A stretch of DNA of 64,000 nucleotides from a bacterium (GCA_021824155.1 JAKALN010000001.1:64015-128014), one strand, 5' to 3'; counted from the stretch's first letter, positions 27,634 through 39,765 are shown. Notes: generated by a model from the sequence alone, not told the origin. Made by a program: numbers and translations.

Positions 27634-29079
27634 ATGAACAAATTTTATTTAACAACAGCCATTCCTTATGTAAATGCCAAACCCCACGTTGGCCATGCAT
27701 TGGAATTTGTGCAGGCGGACGTAATAAAAAGGTTCCGCCAAAGCTTGGGGAACGAAACTCTTCTTTTATCAGGAGCCGATGAGAATGCAATAAAAAATGT
27801 CCAGGCTGCCGAAAACGCAAAATTACCAGTACAGGAATTTATAGACCAAAATTCAAAATTGTTTGAAGAATTGGCAAAAAAATTAAATATCTCTTTTGAT
27901 GTTTTCCAAAGAGGAAGTTCACAAAAGCATCATAAGGCTTCCCAGGAACTTTGGAAAAAGTGTTTTGAAAACGGCGACATTTACAAAAAAGAATATAAGG
28001 GCCTTTATTGCGTAGGATGTGAACTTTTTTACGAAAAAAATGAACTAAACGAAAAAGGAGAATGTTTTGAACATCCGGGAAAACCGCTTGAAGAAGTCAG
28101 CGAGGAAAATTATTTTTTTAAACTTTCTAAATACCAAAATGAAATCAAAGATTTAATTGAAAAGGACAAATTATTGATAGTTCCCTCTTTCAGGAAAAAT
28201 GAGGTTTTGTCTTTTCTTAAAGAAGGCCTCCAGGATATTAGTATCTCGCGAAGCAATAAAAGGGCTAAAAACTGGGGGGTTAAGGTTCCCGGAGACGAAA
28301 CTCAAAGGATGTATGTCTGGTTTGATGCGCTAAATATATATCAATCAGGAGTCGGATTTTCATGGGATGAGGAAAAATATAAAAAATGGTGGCCGGCCGA
28401 CCTACACGTTATAGGAAAAGGAATTATAAGATTTCATGCCGTTTACTGGCCGGCCTTTTTGCTTTCGGCAAAACTCCCTTTACCCAAAAGCGTTTTTGTG
28501 CACGGGTATTTTACGGTTGACGGACAGAAAATGTCCAAATCCCTTGGAAACGTAGCAGACCCAATTGATTTTATAGAAAAATACGGGACCGACGCTCTTC
28601 GTTATTATTTACTTAAAGAAATTTCGCCTTTTCAAGACGGCGATTTTTCCCAAAAAAGACTTATAGAAGCATATAATTCCGACTTGGCAAACGGTCTTGG
28701 AAATTTAATTTCAAGAGTCGCAAAACTTTGCGAAAATTCACATTTTAAAAAAACAAAAACGGCAGAGAACCAAAAACATATATCTAATTTTGACAATGAA
28801 TATAAAACTGCACTTTCCGAATACAGGTTTAACGACGCCCTTTGGGTAATTTGGGGAAAAATTACAAGACTGGATAAATTTATTAACGAAGAAAAACCGT
28901 GGGACCTTGCCAAGAATAATAACCCGAGATTAAAAAGTGTTTTAGAACACTCTGTTGACCAGATACAGGAAATTGCAATATTATTAAAACCTTTTTTACC
29001 CGAAACTTCCGAGAAAATAACAAAGCAGTTTGAGGGTTCGCAAATACTTTCAGGGTCTCCTCTTTTCCCAAGAATTTAA
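27634..29079 (+). CDS. metG: Methionyl-tRNA synthetase (short form)
   Basis: FYLTTAIPYVN, PHVGH, YVWFDAL, KMSKS. Confidence 0.96.
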   Translation: MNKFYLTTAIPYVNAKPHVGHALEFVQADVIKRFRQSLGNETLLLSGADENAIKNVQAAENAKLPVQEFIDQNSKLFEELAKKLNISFDVFQRGSSQKHHKASQELWKKCFENGDIYKKEYKGLYCVGCELFYEKNELNEKGECFEHPGKPLEEVSEENYFFKLSKYQNEIKDLIEKDKLLIVPSFRKNEVLSFLKEGLQDISISRSNKRAKNWGVKVPGDETQRMYVWFDALNIYQSGVGFSWDEEKYKKWWPADLHVIGKGIIRFHAVYWPAFLLSAKLPLPKSVFVHGYFTVDGQKMSKSLGNVADPIDFIEKYGTDALRYYLLKEISPFQDGDFSQKRLIEAYNSDLANGLGNLISRVAKLCENSHFKKTKTAENQKHISNFDNEYKTALSEYRFNDALWVIWGKITRLDKFINEEKPWDLAKNNNPRLKSVLEHSVDQIQEIAILLKPFLPETSEKITKQFEGSQILSGSPLFPRI

Positions 29080-29146
29080 AGCTATCGAATAATCCTTAAG
29101 AGAATAGTATTGACTATAACAAATTTTAGGGATATACTCACCTAAA

Positions 29147-29788
29147 GTGATGAAAAATAAACTTGTAATTGCCGTTTTGGTAATTGCGGTTCTTCTAATC
29201 GGAGGAGGGGCTTATTTAACCCTGTCTAAATCACAAACTTCCGCTCCCCAAAGTGCAGTAAAAGAAACTCCAAAAGAAAACCCGGGAACAGCTTTAGGCA
29301 CTTTAAAAAATATTTTGACAGGAGGAAAAACTCAAAGCTGTACTATCGAATATCCCAATAATATGGGCAGCGGAACATTCTATGTCTCGGATAAAAAATT
29401 TGCAGGAGAATTCACAATTAAAGAACAGGGCGGAAAAGAAATTACCGGGCATTCTGTTTCGGACGGGACTTACGTTTATGTCTGGTCAACTGCAGCCCCA
29501 ACCGGAATAAAAATGAAACTTGATGCCGTAACAAATGCCCCTACGGGAAGTGCGCAGACGGGAAGCGTTGATTTTAGCCAAGAAGTAAGTTATAAATGCT
29601 CGCCTTGGATAACCGACAGCTCCAAGTTTCAACTTCCTTCCAACATACAATTTACCGATGTTTCCGGTTTAATGAATCAAGTTAAGCCTTCGGCCGGAAC
29701 ACAAACACAGGGAACTTCTCCATGCGACCAAATAACCAATCCTCAGGCAAAAGCTGCTTGTGAAAGCGCGCTTAAAAGCCAGCAATGA
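29147..29788 (+). CDS. Exported hypothetical protein with N-terminal TM and Cys pairs
   Basis: N-terminal hydrophobic helix; DGTYVYVWS, C.PW..D.SKFQLP; TTGACT-N17-TATACT promoter upstream. Confidence 0.75.
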   Translation: MMKNKLVIAVLVIAVLLIGGGAYLTLSKSQTSAPQSAVKETPKENPGTALGTLKNILTGGKTQSCTIEYPNNMGSGTFYVSDKKFAGEFTIKEQGGKEITGHSVSDGTYVYVWSTAAPTGIKMKLDAVTNAPTGSAQTGSVDFSQEVSYKCSPWITDSSKFQLPSNIQFTDVSGLMNQVKPSAGTQTQGTSPCDQITNPQAKAACESALKSQQ

Positions 29789-30045
29789 GAAATGCTTCGG
29801 TAAACTGGAACAGGCTTCTACTCTTACTTCTCTTTTTAGGAGTTGTTTTTGTTGTTTATGATTTTTTAAATCTTCCAAACAGCAGAACCGTAAGACCCCA
29901 AACCAACTCCCGGCCTACGCCAACAACAACTTTGCCGCCGCAAACCCCTTTCCAAACCCCTAACGTTACATCTTTACCCACGCCAATTCCCACACGAAAT
30001 TCCATTATTCCCAGAGGCGAAGGAGAAGGCGGATTCGATAATTAA
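29785..30045 (+). CDS. Small Pro/Thr-rich membrane-anchored protein
   Basis: ATGA overlap with the upstream gene; one TM followed by a PT-rich tail. Confidence 0.55.
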   Translation: MRNASVNWNRLLLLLLFLGVVFVVYDFLNLPNSRTVRPQTNSRPTPTTTLPPQTPFQTPNVTSLPTPIPTRNSIIPRGEGEGGFDN

Positions 30046-30116
30046 TAACAATTGGAATTCTCAAACCGTTAAAACGGCATTGACAGATTTAGTTTGTGTG
30101 ATTATAATCACAACTT

Positions 30117-30437
30117 GTGAGCAGAAAAGCAGAAATAGGAGATATTATTCATGGTGTTGCCGTAGCTACTGCTGGACTGGGCCTTGCAGCTACAATTGCC
30201 GGTGCAGGAGCAACTATCGTGGAAGCCGGCCAAACAATAGACTTAGGTAAAAAAATAATTCCTCAAATTATAAACGTGGACAATGTTGTAAATACAGATA
30301 AAAACTTGAACCAGGAAAAACAGCAATTATTAAACAACGGAGAAATAGTGGTGTTCACTGCCCTTGGTTCGGCAGCGTTGGGAGCAATAACTATAGCAAG
30401 TGCATCTTCCCTTTTAAGAATCGGAAGAAACAGATAA
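30117..30437 (+). CDS. Hypothetical protein with two Gly/Ala-rich hydrophobic segments
   Basis: TTGACA-N17-TATAAT promoter 8 nt before the GTG. Confidence 0.6.
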   Translation: MSRKAEIGDIIHGVAVATAGLGLAATIAGAGATIVEAGQTIDLGKKIIPQIINVDNVVNTDKNLNQEKQQLLNNGEIVVFTALGSAALGAITIASASSLLRIGRNR

Positions 30438-30443
30438 GTCAGG

Positions 30444-30605
30444 TTAATACCCCAGAATACTTTTCCTGTTATCCCGCAATGAATTATCAGGCCAGGTTTT
30501 AAAATGAGGCTTAACAAATGTACCGTCTTTTTTTAAATATCCTCTTTGAAATTTAAGCGCTCCTCCGTTTTTATAATGTCTTAAGGTCCTAACTATCTTA
30601 TTCAT
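30444..30605 (-). CDS. Unannotated 53-aa basic protein with RGY-x-KKDGTFV-x-PHF-x-T-x-PD motif
   Basis: Manual translation MNKIVRTLRHYKNGGALKFQRGYLKKDGTFVKPHFKTWPDNSLRDNRKSILGY; its start overlaps the end of the MazG-like gene. Confidence 0.6.
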   Translation of the reverse strand: MNKIVRTLRHYKNGGALKFQRGYLKKDGTFVKPHFKTWPDNSLRDNRKSILGY

Positions 30606-30948
30606 AATCCGTGTATTTATTATGTCTTCCTTTTACTTTTTTTACAGGATATTTCATTTTATTTTCTTTCATCTTTTTATTAAAAGCTTTTATAACATCA
30701 ATTTTCAAATCATGACTCATAAGAAGAACCCAAAATAGAACATCTGAAAGCTCGTCTCCTATTTCTTTTTTGTGAGTTTTTATATATTCTTCCATTTCTT
30801 CTTTATTCTGCCATCTAAAATGTTCCAGCACTTCTGCTGCTTCCAAAGAAAGAGCTATAGAAGAATCTTTGGGGTTATGGAATTTTTTCCAGTCTCTTTG
30901 ATCCCGAAATTTTATTATTTTTTCCTGCAAAGCTTTTATGTCCGACAT
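30598..30948 (-). CDS. MazG-like nucleotide pyrophosphohydrolase (dCTPase type)
   Basis: FRDQRDWKKFHNPKD...EAAEVLEHF.W...DELSDV...KM..N..KYP. Confidence 0.9.
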   Translation of the reverse strand: MSDIKALQEKIIKFRDQRDWKKFHNPKDSSIALSLEAAEVLEHFRWQNKEEMEEYIKTHKKEIGDELSDVLFWVLLMSHDLKIDVIKAFNKKMKENKMKYPVKKVKGRHNKYTDYE

Positions 30949-31030
30949 TGCACTTGGATTCTAGCACTTTAAGAAAAATTTTAACAGCCGGATATAAAAA
31001 TTATATGGAATTACTGATATAATAATTTTT

Positions 31031-31816
31031 ATGGTTGACGCGCACTGCCACCTTAATTACCCAAAGTATGAAAACGACTTGGATGAGGTTGTAAAAAGAG
31101 CAAAAGAAAAGGGGGTCGGGAAAATAATCAATGTAGGCACAAGCCTTGAATACAGTAAAATTGCTGTTGAATTATCTGAAAAATATGAAAACATGTATGC
31201 AATTGTGGGAATCCACCCACACGACAGCGGAAATGTAAATGGAAATTGGGAAAAAGATTTGGAAACGCTAATTAAAACCCCCAAAGTTATAGGAATAGGA
31301 GAAATAGGGCTTGATTATTTTGCCCACAACGACGTTGATTCAAAAATCCAAAAAGGGGTTTTTGAAAAACAGATTGAAATAGCGTTTAAAAACAAAATGC
31401 CCATTCAGATACATTCAAGAAAAGCCGCGGATGACATTTTGGATATTTTGTCAAACTACAAATCTTATTTTCTAAATCCTCCGGGAATGTTTCATTGTAT
31501 GGCGGGAAATCTTGAATATCTGAAAAAGATCCTTGATTTGGGTTTTTATGTTGGCTTTGACGGAAATATAACTTATAAGGGATTAGCGCCTGGAGAGGAT
31601 ACTTCTTTGGAGGAACTTGTAAAATATACTCCTCTAGACAGAATCATCACTGAAACAGACGCTCCCTGGCTTACGCCCGAACCGTACAGAGGTAGCCGGA
31701 ATGAGCCTTCTTATGTTATAATTACGGCCGAATCCATTGCTAAAATTAAAGGTATTACTTTTGATGAAGTTAACAATACCACAACAAAAAATGCTGAAAC
31801 GCTTTTTAATATATGA
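31031..31816 (+). CDS. tatD: TatD-family DNase
   Basis: DAHCHL, GIHPH, GEIGLDY, IHSR, ETDAPWL. Confidence 0.93.
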   Translation: MVDAHCHLNYPKYENDLDEVVKRAKEKGVGKIINVGTSLEYSKIAVELSEKYENMYAIVGIHPHDSGNVNGNWEKDLETLIKTPKVIGIGEIGLDYFAHNDVDSKIQKGVFEKQIEIAFKNKMPIQIHSRKAADDILDILSNYKSYFLNPPGMFHCMAGNLEYLKKILDLGFYVGFDGNITYKGLAPGEDTSLEELVKYTPLDRIITETDAPWLTPEPYRGSRNEPSYVIITAESIAKIKGITFDEVNNTTTKNAETLFNI

Positions 31817-33306
31817 CAGGTTTTTTCTCAAAAATTTTTACCAGATATCCTATTAAAACAAAAAGGGCTTTAGAGATACTCCCCGGTCTGATTTCGTGGA
31901 CATTAATCCTTTTTCCTCTTTGGGGATCGTTTTTTATTCCCTATACCCTTGCCTATTTTATTTTATTTTTTGATGTTTATTGGTTTTACAAATCATTTTC
32001 CCTTGTTATAACGGCATTTATTGCTTCCCAAAAAATAAAGGAGGCAGAAAGAAAAAACTGGCTTAAAATTGCCAAAGAATCCCCCGGTTTTGAAAAAGTA
32101 AGCCATATTGTAGTTATACCCAACTATAAAGAAAACGTAGATAAATTAAGAGAAACCGTAAAAAGCCTTGCCAACCAAAGTTTTCCCACAAAAAGAATTT
32201 ATGTTGTACTGGCAATGGAAGAAAGGGAAAAAACCGCAAAGGAAAAAGCAGATATTTTAATTAAAGAATTTAAACCAACTTTCGGTGATATTTTTGCAAG
32301 TTTCCACCCCGATGTTTTTGGGGAAGTAAAGGGCAAATCTTCAAACGAAGCTTTCGGAGGAAAGCTGGCTTACAAAAAATTAGTGACCGGCGGAAAAATA
32401 GACCTGGATTTTACAACAATTTCTTCGGTTGACGCAGATTCAATTTTTGACAAACAATATTATTCTTATCTTAGCGCCCAATTTCTAAAAGATGAAAAAA
32501 GGCATAACAAATTCTGGCAATCGGCAAATGTAAATTATAATAATTTCTGGAGTGTCCCTGCTCCGGTTAGGATTATTTCTTTCTTCGGAAGCCTTTGGAG
32601 AACCGGCCTTTTAGTCCAGGGCGACAGGCTTATTTCCAATTCCACATATTCTCTTTCTTTTAAACTCCTCCATGAAATTGGTTATTGGGATACGGACGTA
32701 ATTCCCGAAGATTACAGAATATTCTTTAAAGCTTTTTATAAAAAGTCGGGAAATATCTGGATGTCTCCCATATTCCTTAAAACTTCTATGGACGCTCCGC
32801 TGTCCTCAAGTTATATGAACAGTCTTAAGAATAAATACCACCAGGAAAGAAGATGGTCTTGGGGAGTTTCCGACGACGGACTTTTTCTAAAATGGTGGCT
32901 TACTGTTCCTAACGTACCGTTTTTTAGAAAAACAATTATGATTTATAACGTTTTGGTGGATCATCTTCTTTGGCCGGTGCAATGGTTTATTATTACAATT
33001 GCCGCAAACATTATGCCTTTTGTAAATCCCGTATTTTCAAGAACAACCCTTGGATATAATCTGCCAAAACTTGCAGGACTTATCCTGACACTTTGTCTTT
33101 TTGCAACTTTTAGCATGATAATAATTGATTTTAGAAACAGACCAAAAGCCGCAGCACCTACAAAAACGAAACAACTTTTGTTTCCTCTGGAATTCCTGCT
33201 TTTGCCCATTGTCGGTTTTTTTCTTTCTGCATTACCGGCTCTTATCTCCCATACCCAGCTTATGTTGGGAAAACGGCTGGAATATAAGGTTACCGAAAAG
33301 CTTTAA
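31813..33306 (+). CDS. Processive GT2-family glycosyltransferase (multi-TM)
   Basis: IPNYKE, VDADS, IPED and QERRWSWG (QxxRW) motifs. Confidence 0.85.
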   Translation: MTGFFSKIFTRYPIKTKRALEILPGLISWTLILFPLWGSFFIPYTLAYFILFFDVYWFYKSFSLVITAFIASQKIKEAERKNWLKIAKESPGFEKVSHIVVIPNYKENVDKLRETVKSLANQSFPTKRIYVVLAMEEREKTAKEKADILIKEFKPTFGDIFASFHPDVFGEVKGKSSNEAFGGKLAYKKLVTGGKIDLDFTTISSVDADSIFDKQYYSYLSAQFLKDEKRHNKFWQSANVNYNNFWSVPAPVRIISFFGSLWRTGLLVQGDRLISNSTYSLSFKLLHEIGYWDTDVIPEDYRIFFKAFYKKSGNIWMSPIFLKTSMDAPLSSSYMNSLKNKYHQERRWSWGVSDDGLFLKWWLTVPNVPFFRKTIMIYNVLVDHLLWPVQWFIITIAANIMPFVNPVFSRTTLGYNLPKLAGLILTLCLFATFSMIIIDFRNRPKAAAPTKTKQLLFPLEFLLLPIVGFFLSALPALISHTQLMLGKRLEYKVTEKL

Positions 33307-33325
33307 TTTGTGGTAAGCTAAAAGT

Positions 33326-34810
33326 ATGAGATTATTGCAAAGGCTTGAAAAAGAAAGAAGCTTCTGGTTTTTGCTTTTTACTTCATTTTTCTTCTTTTTG
33401 CTTAGGCTCCCTTCACTTTTTGAACCGTATTGGTACGGAGATGAAGGCATATATCAAGTCTTAGGTGTAGCCATGAACAACGGAAGGCTTCTATACAGGG
33501 ATATTTGGGACAACAAACCTCCTCTTTTATATTTTGTTTACAGCTTATTTAACTCGGACCAATTTTACGTAAGGCTTTTTTCCCTTATTGTAGGGCTGAT
33601 AAGTGTTTTGGCGTTTTTTTACCTTTCAAAAAAACTTTTCAAAAAAGAAAAACTTGTATTCTGGTCTACGGCTATCTACGCCGTACTTTTCGGACTTCCC
33701 ATTCTTGAAGGAAATATCGCAAATGCGGAAAATTTCATGCTTCTTCCGACAATAATTGCTGCAATTTTAATTTTAAAATCCGCCGAATACAAAATACAAA
33801 ATACAAAATACAAAATGCTGTTGCTTTCCGGATTTTTAATAAGCCTGGCATTCCTTTTTAAGATAGTTGCAGTTTTTGATTTTGCCGCATTTTTTGTCTT
33901 TATTGTTTTATCCGATGAAACATTTTATTTAAAAAACCTGATAAAGATAAAAGGTATCTTTTTGGAGATTAAGAAAGTTTCCCCTTTTGTTATAAGTTTT
34001 TTCCTTCCGATTTTTATTATTGCTCTTTTCTTTTTCTTAAACGGCTCCCTTTCTTACTTTCTTAAAGCCACATTTTTTGCAAATGTAGGGTACGTAGGAT
34101 ACGGGAATAAGCTAATTATTCCGCAGGGATTTTTAATCCTAAAGCTTGCAGTTCTTGCACTGTTCTGTTTATTTCTGTACTTTAAAAGGAAAAGTTTTGA
34201 CACAACTACTCTTTTTGTACTCCTTTGGTTTGCCTTTTCCCTGTTTAACGCATTTTTCTCTCAAAGACCATACACACACTACCTTTTAAATCTTTTGCCC
34301 GCTTTTGTTTTGCTGTTAGGTTTTATTTTTTATAACAGAAGGCTTCAAAATCTTTCTTTCCTTATCGCGCTGTTAACTTTTGTCGTTGTTATAAAAAACT
34401 TCTGGATTTACGCAAAGTTTCCCTTCTATTATGCTAATTTTATTTACTATGTTGCCGGGAATGAAAGCGTATCTTCATACCAGGCTTTTTTTGACAAAGG
34501 AACTCCTATTACTTATGAAATAGCAACTTTTATTAACGCAAATACGGCCAAGGGCGATTCTATTTTTCTTTGGGGAAATAACGCCATGGTTTATAAACTA
34601 ACCGACAAACTTCCCCCGGGGAAATATGCGGTGGCGTACCATATTACCAGTTATACCGACGGAGTACAAAATACGAAAGATGCTTTGGCATTGAAAAAAC
34701 CTAAATTTATTGTTATTATGCCAAACGTCGGTCCTATTCCTTTTTCTCTTGTCAATTACAAAGAGAAAATTACAATCGACAATGTATTAATTTATGAAAG
34801 AGTTTTTTAG
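33326..34810 (+). CDS. GT-C fold glycosyltransferase (ArnT/PMT-like)
   Basis: YGDEGIY...LYRDIWDNKPPL in loop 1; about 11 TM segments. Confidence 0.75.
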   Translation: MRLLQRLEKERSFWFLLFTSFFFFLLRLPSLFEPYWYGDEGIYQVLGVAMNNGRLLYRDIWDNKPPLLYFVYSLFNSDQFYVRLFSLIVGLISVLAFFYLSKKLFKKEKLVFWSTAIYAVLFGLPILEGNIANAENFMLLPTIIAAILILKSAEYKIQNTKYKMLLLSGFLISLAFLFKIVAVFDFAAFFVFIVLSDETFYLKNLIKIKGIFLEIKKVSPFVISFFLPIFIIALFFFLNGSLSYFLKATFFANVGYVGYGNKLIIPQGFLILKLAVLALFCLFLYFKRKSFDTTTLFVLLWFAFSLFNAFFSQRPYTHYLLNLLPAFVLLLGFIFYNRRLQNLSFLIALLTFVVVIKNFWIYAKFPFYYANFIYYVAGNESVSSYQAFFDKGTPITYEIATFINANTAKGDSIFLWGNNAMVYKLTDKLPPGKYAVAYHITSYTDGVQNTKDALALKKPKFIVIMPNVGPIPFSLVNYKEKITIDNVLIYERVF

Positions 34811-35147
34811 GGATATACGAAGCGATAGACTTACTTTTAGAGGCTTCGGTGCAACAATTATTTTTATTCTTCTTCCTCTTCCTTACATTTTACTAAACTA
34901 TAAAGGATTGCCTCCTTTTATGCCTATTTTTAATCAGCTTCCTTGGGGCACCCCAAGACTTGCTCCCCCCTGGGGAATATTTTTGCCAAGTATAATATCT
35001 TTTTTTATTCTTGTTTTAAATATAATTATTTCATCCTTTTTATATAAAAAAACCCCTCTTATTTCCAGAATGCTCGCGGTAACCAGTTTTCTTATAGCAA
35101 CCCTTACCCTGCTTTATATTATTAGAACGATACAAATAGTTTTGTAA
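34794..35147 (+). CDS. Small membrane protein (3 TM)
   Basis: LPPFMPIFNQLPWG between TM helices; coupled within the operon. Confidence 0.65.
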   Translation: MKEFFRDIRSDRLTFRGFGATIIFILLPLPYILLNYKGLPPFMPIFNQLPWGTPRLAPPWGIFLPSIISFFILVLNIIISSFLYKKTPLISRMLAVTSFLIATLTLLYIIRTIQIVL

Positions 35148-35148
35148 A

Positions 35149-36228
35149 ATGTTCAGCTTTGAAAACACAATTATTTTTCCTCTTATAACCGCTTTTGTTT
35201 TTACGGTAATAGCCACTCCCTTTTCTTTGATTCTTATAAAAAAATGGGGAATTGTCGATGACCCGAAAAAACATAAACATCCGGCAATTATACATAAAAA
35301 ACCGATTCCCAGAGCCGGAGGAATTCCCCTTTTTATTGGAGTATTATTAGCAAGTTTGATATTCTTACCGGTAGTTAAAATAACGCTTGCGATTTTCGGG
35401 GCTGCTCTAATCTGTCTTTTAATAGGAATATTTGACGATAAATATGACGTTTCGCCGTACATACGTTTTGTAATTAATATTATTTCGGCAATTATTGTCG
35501 TATGGGCCGGAGTCAATATCCCGTTTATAACAAATCCTTTCGGCGGAATTTTATTTTTAAACTCTTTACATCTGCCTTTTATAAATAATTTCGAGCTTAA
35601 TTTCTTTTCCTATATTATTGCTGTTTTATGGATTGTTTGGGTTATGAACATGTTGAACTGGAGTAAAGGCGTAGACGGACAAATGCCCGGAATTGTTGCA
35701 ATATCTGCAATTGTCATAGGAATTTTAAGCTTAAGGTTTCCTGTTTTAGACCAATATAGTTTAATAAGCGCAACCCTTTCTTTTATAATTGCAGGTGCGT
35801 CTTTGGGTTTTTTGGTTTTTAATTTTTATCCGGCTAAAATATTTCCCGGATACGGGGCAACAGCAATTTATCTTCTTTTAGCAGTTGCGTCTATTTTTTC
35901 CGGAGCAAAACTGGCGACGGCAATACTGGTTATGGGTGTACCCATGACGGACGGGGCATTTACAATTGCCAGAAGAATATTAACCGGCCATTCTCCTTTT
36001 TGGCACGACAAAAAACACCTTCATCATTTACTCTTGGATTTAGGTTTTGGCCAAAGACGGATTGCATTGTTTTATTGGACTGTTTCTGCTATATTGGGTG
36101 CGTTATCGCTTGTTTTGTCAAGCAAAGGAAAACTTTTTGCAATAATAATGCTTGTTATTATTGCAGGAGGAGCAATCCTTTTCCTGCATTTTTTTATACA
36201 AAGAAATAATGATAAAACTGGCATTTAA
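35149..36228 (+). CDS. Polyprenyl-phosphate HexNAc-1-P transferase (WecA/TagO, MraY superfamily)
   Basis: PRAGG, GIFDDK, NMLNWSKGVDG, FNFYPAKIF and DKKHLHH motifs. Confidence 0.88.
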   Translation: MFSFENTIIFPLITAFVFTVIATPFSLILIKKWGIVDDPKKHKHPAIIHKKPIPRAGGIPLFIGVLLASLIFLPVVKITLAIFGAALICLLIGIFDDKYDVSPYIRFVINIISAIIVVWAGVNIPFITNPFGGILFLNSLHLPFINNFELNFFSYIIAVLWIVWVMNMLNWSKGVDGQMPGIVAISAIVIGILSLRFPVLDQYSLISATLSFIIAGASLGFLVFNFYPAKIFPGYGATAIYLLLAVASIFSGAKLATAILVMGVPMTDGAFTIARRILTGHSPFWHDKKHLHHLLLDLGFGQRRIALFYWTVSAILGALSLVLSSKGKLFAIIMLVIIAGGAILFLHFFIQRNNDKTGI

Positions 36229-37153
36229 TACATTAAGATTATTAAGGCCCAGGCAGTGGATAAAAAATCTGGCTATTTTTGCCGCGATTACTTTTACCGG
36301 CGAACTTTTTGACCCCCCCGTTTTTATAAAAGTCCTTTTCGGATTTTTTGTTTTCTGCGGACTTTCTTCCGCTACTTATATAATCAATGACCTTTTTGAT
36401 ATAAAAAAAGACAGGCTTCACCCTTTTAAAAAATTTAGACCCTTAGCCCACGGAGATGTACCGATTCCTTTTGCGATATCTTTGGCAGCCTTTTTAACTA
36501 TATTTTCTCTTTTCGTAGCAAGAGGAATTACTCCCGCATTTTTTGCTCTTGTATTAACCTATCTTGCCATTCAATTTCTTTATTCATCGTATTTAAAATC
36601 AGTAGCAGTTTTGGACATACTTTTAATAGCGGCCGGGTATATTTTAAGAGTTTACGGCGGAGAATTTGCAAGCGGTTTCCATATTTCCGTTTGGCTTTTA
36701 CTTACAACAATTTCTATTTCTCTTTTTCTGGCAGTTGGGAAAAGAAGATCCGAGCTTACTCTTTTATCGGGAAATAAAGAGAACGATATTGCCGCTACAA
36801 GAAAATCCCTCTCCCATTATTCCGAAAGGCTTTTGGATGTTTATGCTTCCGTTTTTGCGACATCCACTTTTGTTTCCTATTCCCTTTTTACTTTTCTGGA
36901 AAATCCCGGAGGATTTAAGCTTACCATAGGCGTTTTTATGCCTGATTTCCTTCCCACTTTTTTCCAGAGAAAATGGCTTATGATTACTATAATTCCTGTT
37001 GTTTATGGACTGATGAGATATTTGCAGGACATCTATGAAAAAAATGAGGGGGAGAGTCCTGAAAGAGTTTTATTATCCGATATTCCGCTTCTTGCCACTG
37101 TTACTATCTGGGCTATTCTGGTCGTTTTAATAGTTTACTTTATAGGCCCTTAG
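36209..37153 (+). CDS. UbiA-family decaprenyl-phosphate phosphoribosyltransferase-like protein
   Basis: RPRQWIKN, YIINDLFDIKKDRLHPFKKFRPLA and GKRRSEL motifs; ATG 36209 preferred as start. Confidence 0.85.
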   Translation: MIKLAFNTLRLLRPRQWIKNLAIFAAITFTGELFDPPVFIKVLFGFFVFCGLSSATYIINDLFDIKKDRLHPFKKFRPLAHGDVPIPFAISLAAFLTIFSLFVARGITPAFFALVLTYLAIQFLYSSYLKSVAVLDILLIAAGYILRVYGGEFASGFHISVWLLLTTISISLFLAVGKRRSELTLLSGNKENDIAATRKSLSHYSERLLDVYASVFATSTFVSYSLFTFLENPGGFKLTIGVFMPDFLPTFFQRKWLMITIIPVVYGLMRYLQDIYEKNEGESPERVLLSDIPLLATVTIWAILVVLIVYFIGP

Positions 37154-37992
37154 GATTTCTGGGCATATTGACTGCTTACCCAACCCAAAGTTCCGTTTGT
37201 TAATTTTATTTGGTACCAGCCGGTTTGTTCGTTTAGCAATTGATATTTCTCCCCCGGCTTAACTTGCCCTATTTCCGCTCCCCCCAAAGAAGGAGCGTTT
37301 CTTACTCTTAAAAATCCTGTCGGGGTATTAAGTATTGTAATACTTACCGAAGCCTGCGGGGCCTGGGTTGCGGAAGGAGTGGCGCTAGGCAGCGCGGAAG
37401 CAGTGGCTGTTGTTAAATTTACGCCAAGATAAACAAGCGCCTCGAGCTTGTAGCCTGCAACTGTCCTTATTCTTATTGTTTTATCTTTGTATCCGTCTTT
37501 TGTTAATTTTATATCGTGATCCGAAGGGGTAACGTTTTGAAGAAGAAGCGGTGTCTGTCCTGAAGGGTTACTGTCCAGAAAAACCTGGGATTTATCGGGA
37601 AATGAAATTATAAGAAGCTGTGCGTCTTTTTTATCCTGTATCTGTGAAAGACTTATAATCGAACCCTGGGAGGAAGCCCCCGGCCCAAAAGTCCTGTCAA
37701 CAACAGTAAGAACCGAAGAAGTTATTGTAATTTTTTCCTCAAAGGGGTCAAAATTCCCTTGGGTAGGAACAAGCCTTAAGGAATGAACTCCGGAAGAAAT
37801 CATATCGTTTGCCTGACATTTACAAATCGGTGTTTGTCCTATTAATTTACCGTCTATATAAACCTTGCTTACAGGAGCAGATGTTACTTGTAGAGCACCT
37901 GTCCCGGAATTTTTATTTACAAAAATAAAAATTACAACAAAAATTATTATGGCAAGAAAAATAGGAACTAAAATAAAAAGAAGCTTCTTCAT
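37150..37992 (-). CDS. PEGA-domain and SH3b-domain exported protein
   Basis: N-terminal TM; two PEGA repeats (VYIDG..IGQTP; VFLD...GQTP); LRVR..P...WYQI...GWVS (SH3b). Confidence 0.85.
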   Translation of the reverse strand: MKKLLFILVPIFLAIIIFVVIFIFVNKNSGTGALQVTSAPVSKVYIDGKLIGQTPICKCQANDMISSGVHSLRLVPTQGNFDPFEEKITITSSVLTVVDRTFGPGASSQGSIISLSQIQDKKDAQLLIISFPDKSQVFLDSNPSGQTPLLLQNVTPSDHDIKLTKDGYKDKTIRIRTVAGYKLEALVYLGVNLTTATASALPSATPSATQAPQASVSITILNTPTGFLRVRNAPSLGGAEIGQVKPGEKYQLLNEQTGWYQIKLTNGTLGWVSSQYAQKS

Positions 37993-38049
37993 TTTAAAAA
38001 TTACCAAACTAATATAGCAAGAAATTAGCTTTTTGACAATAAAAACGGT

Positions 38050-39764
<1,715 letters not shown>

Positions 39765-39765
39765 T

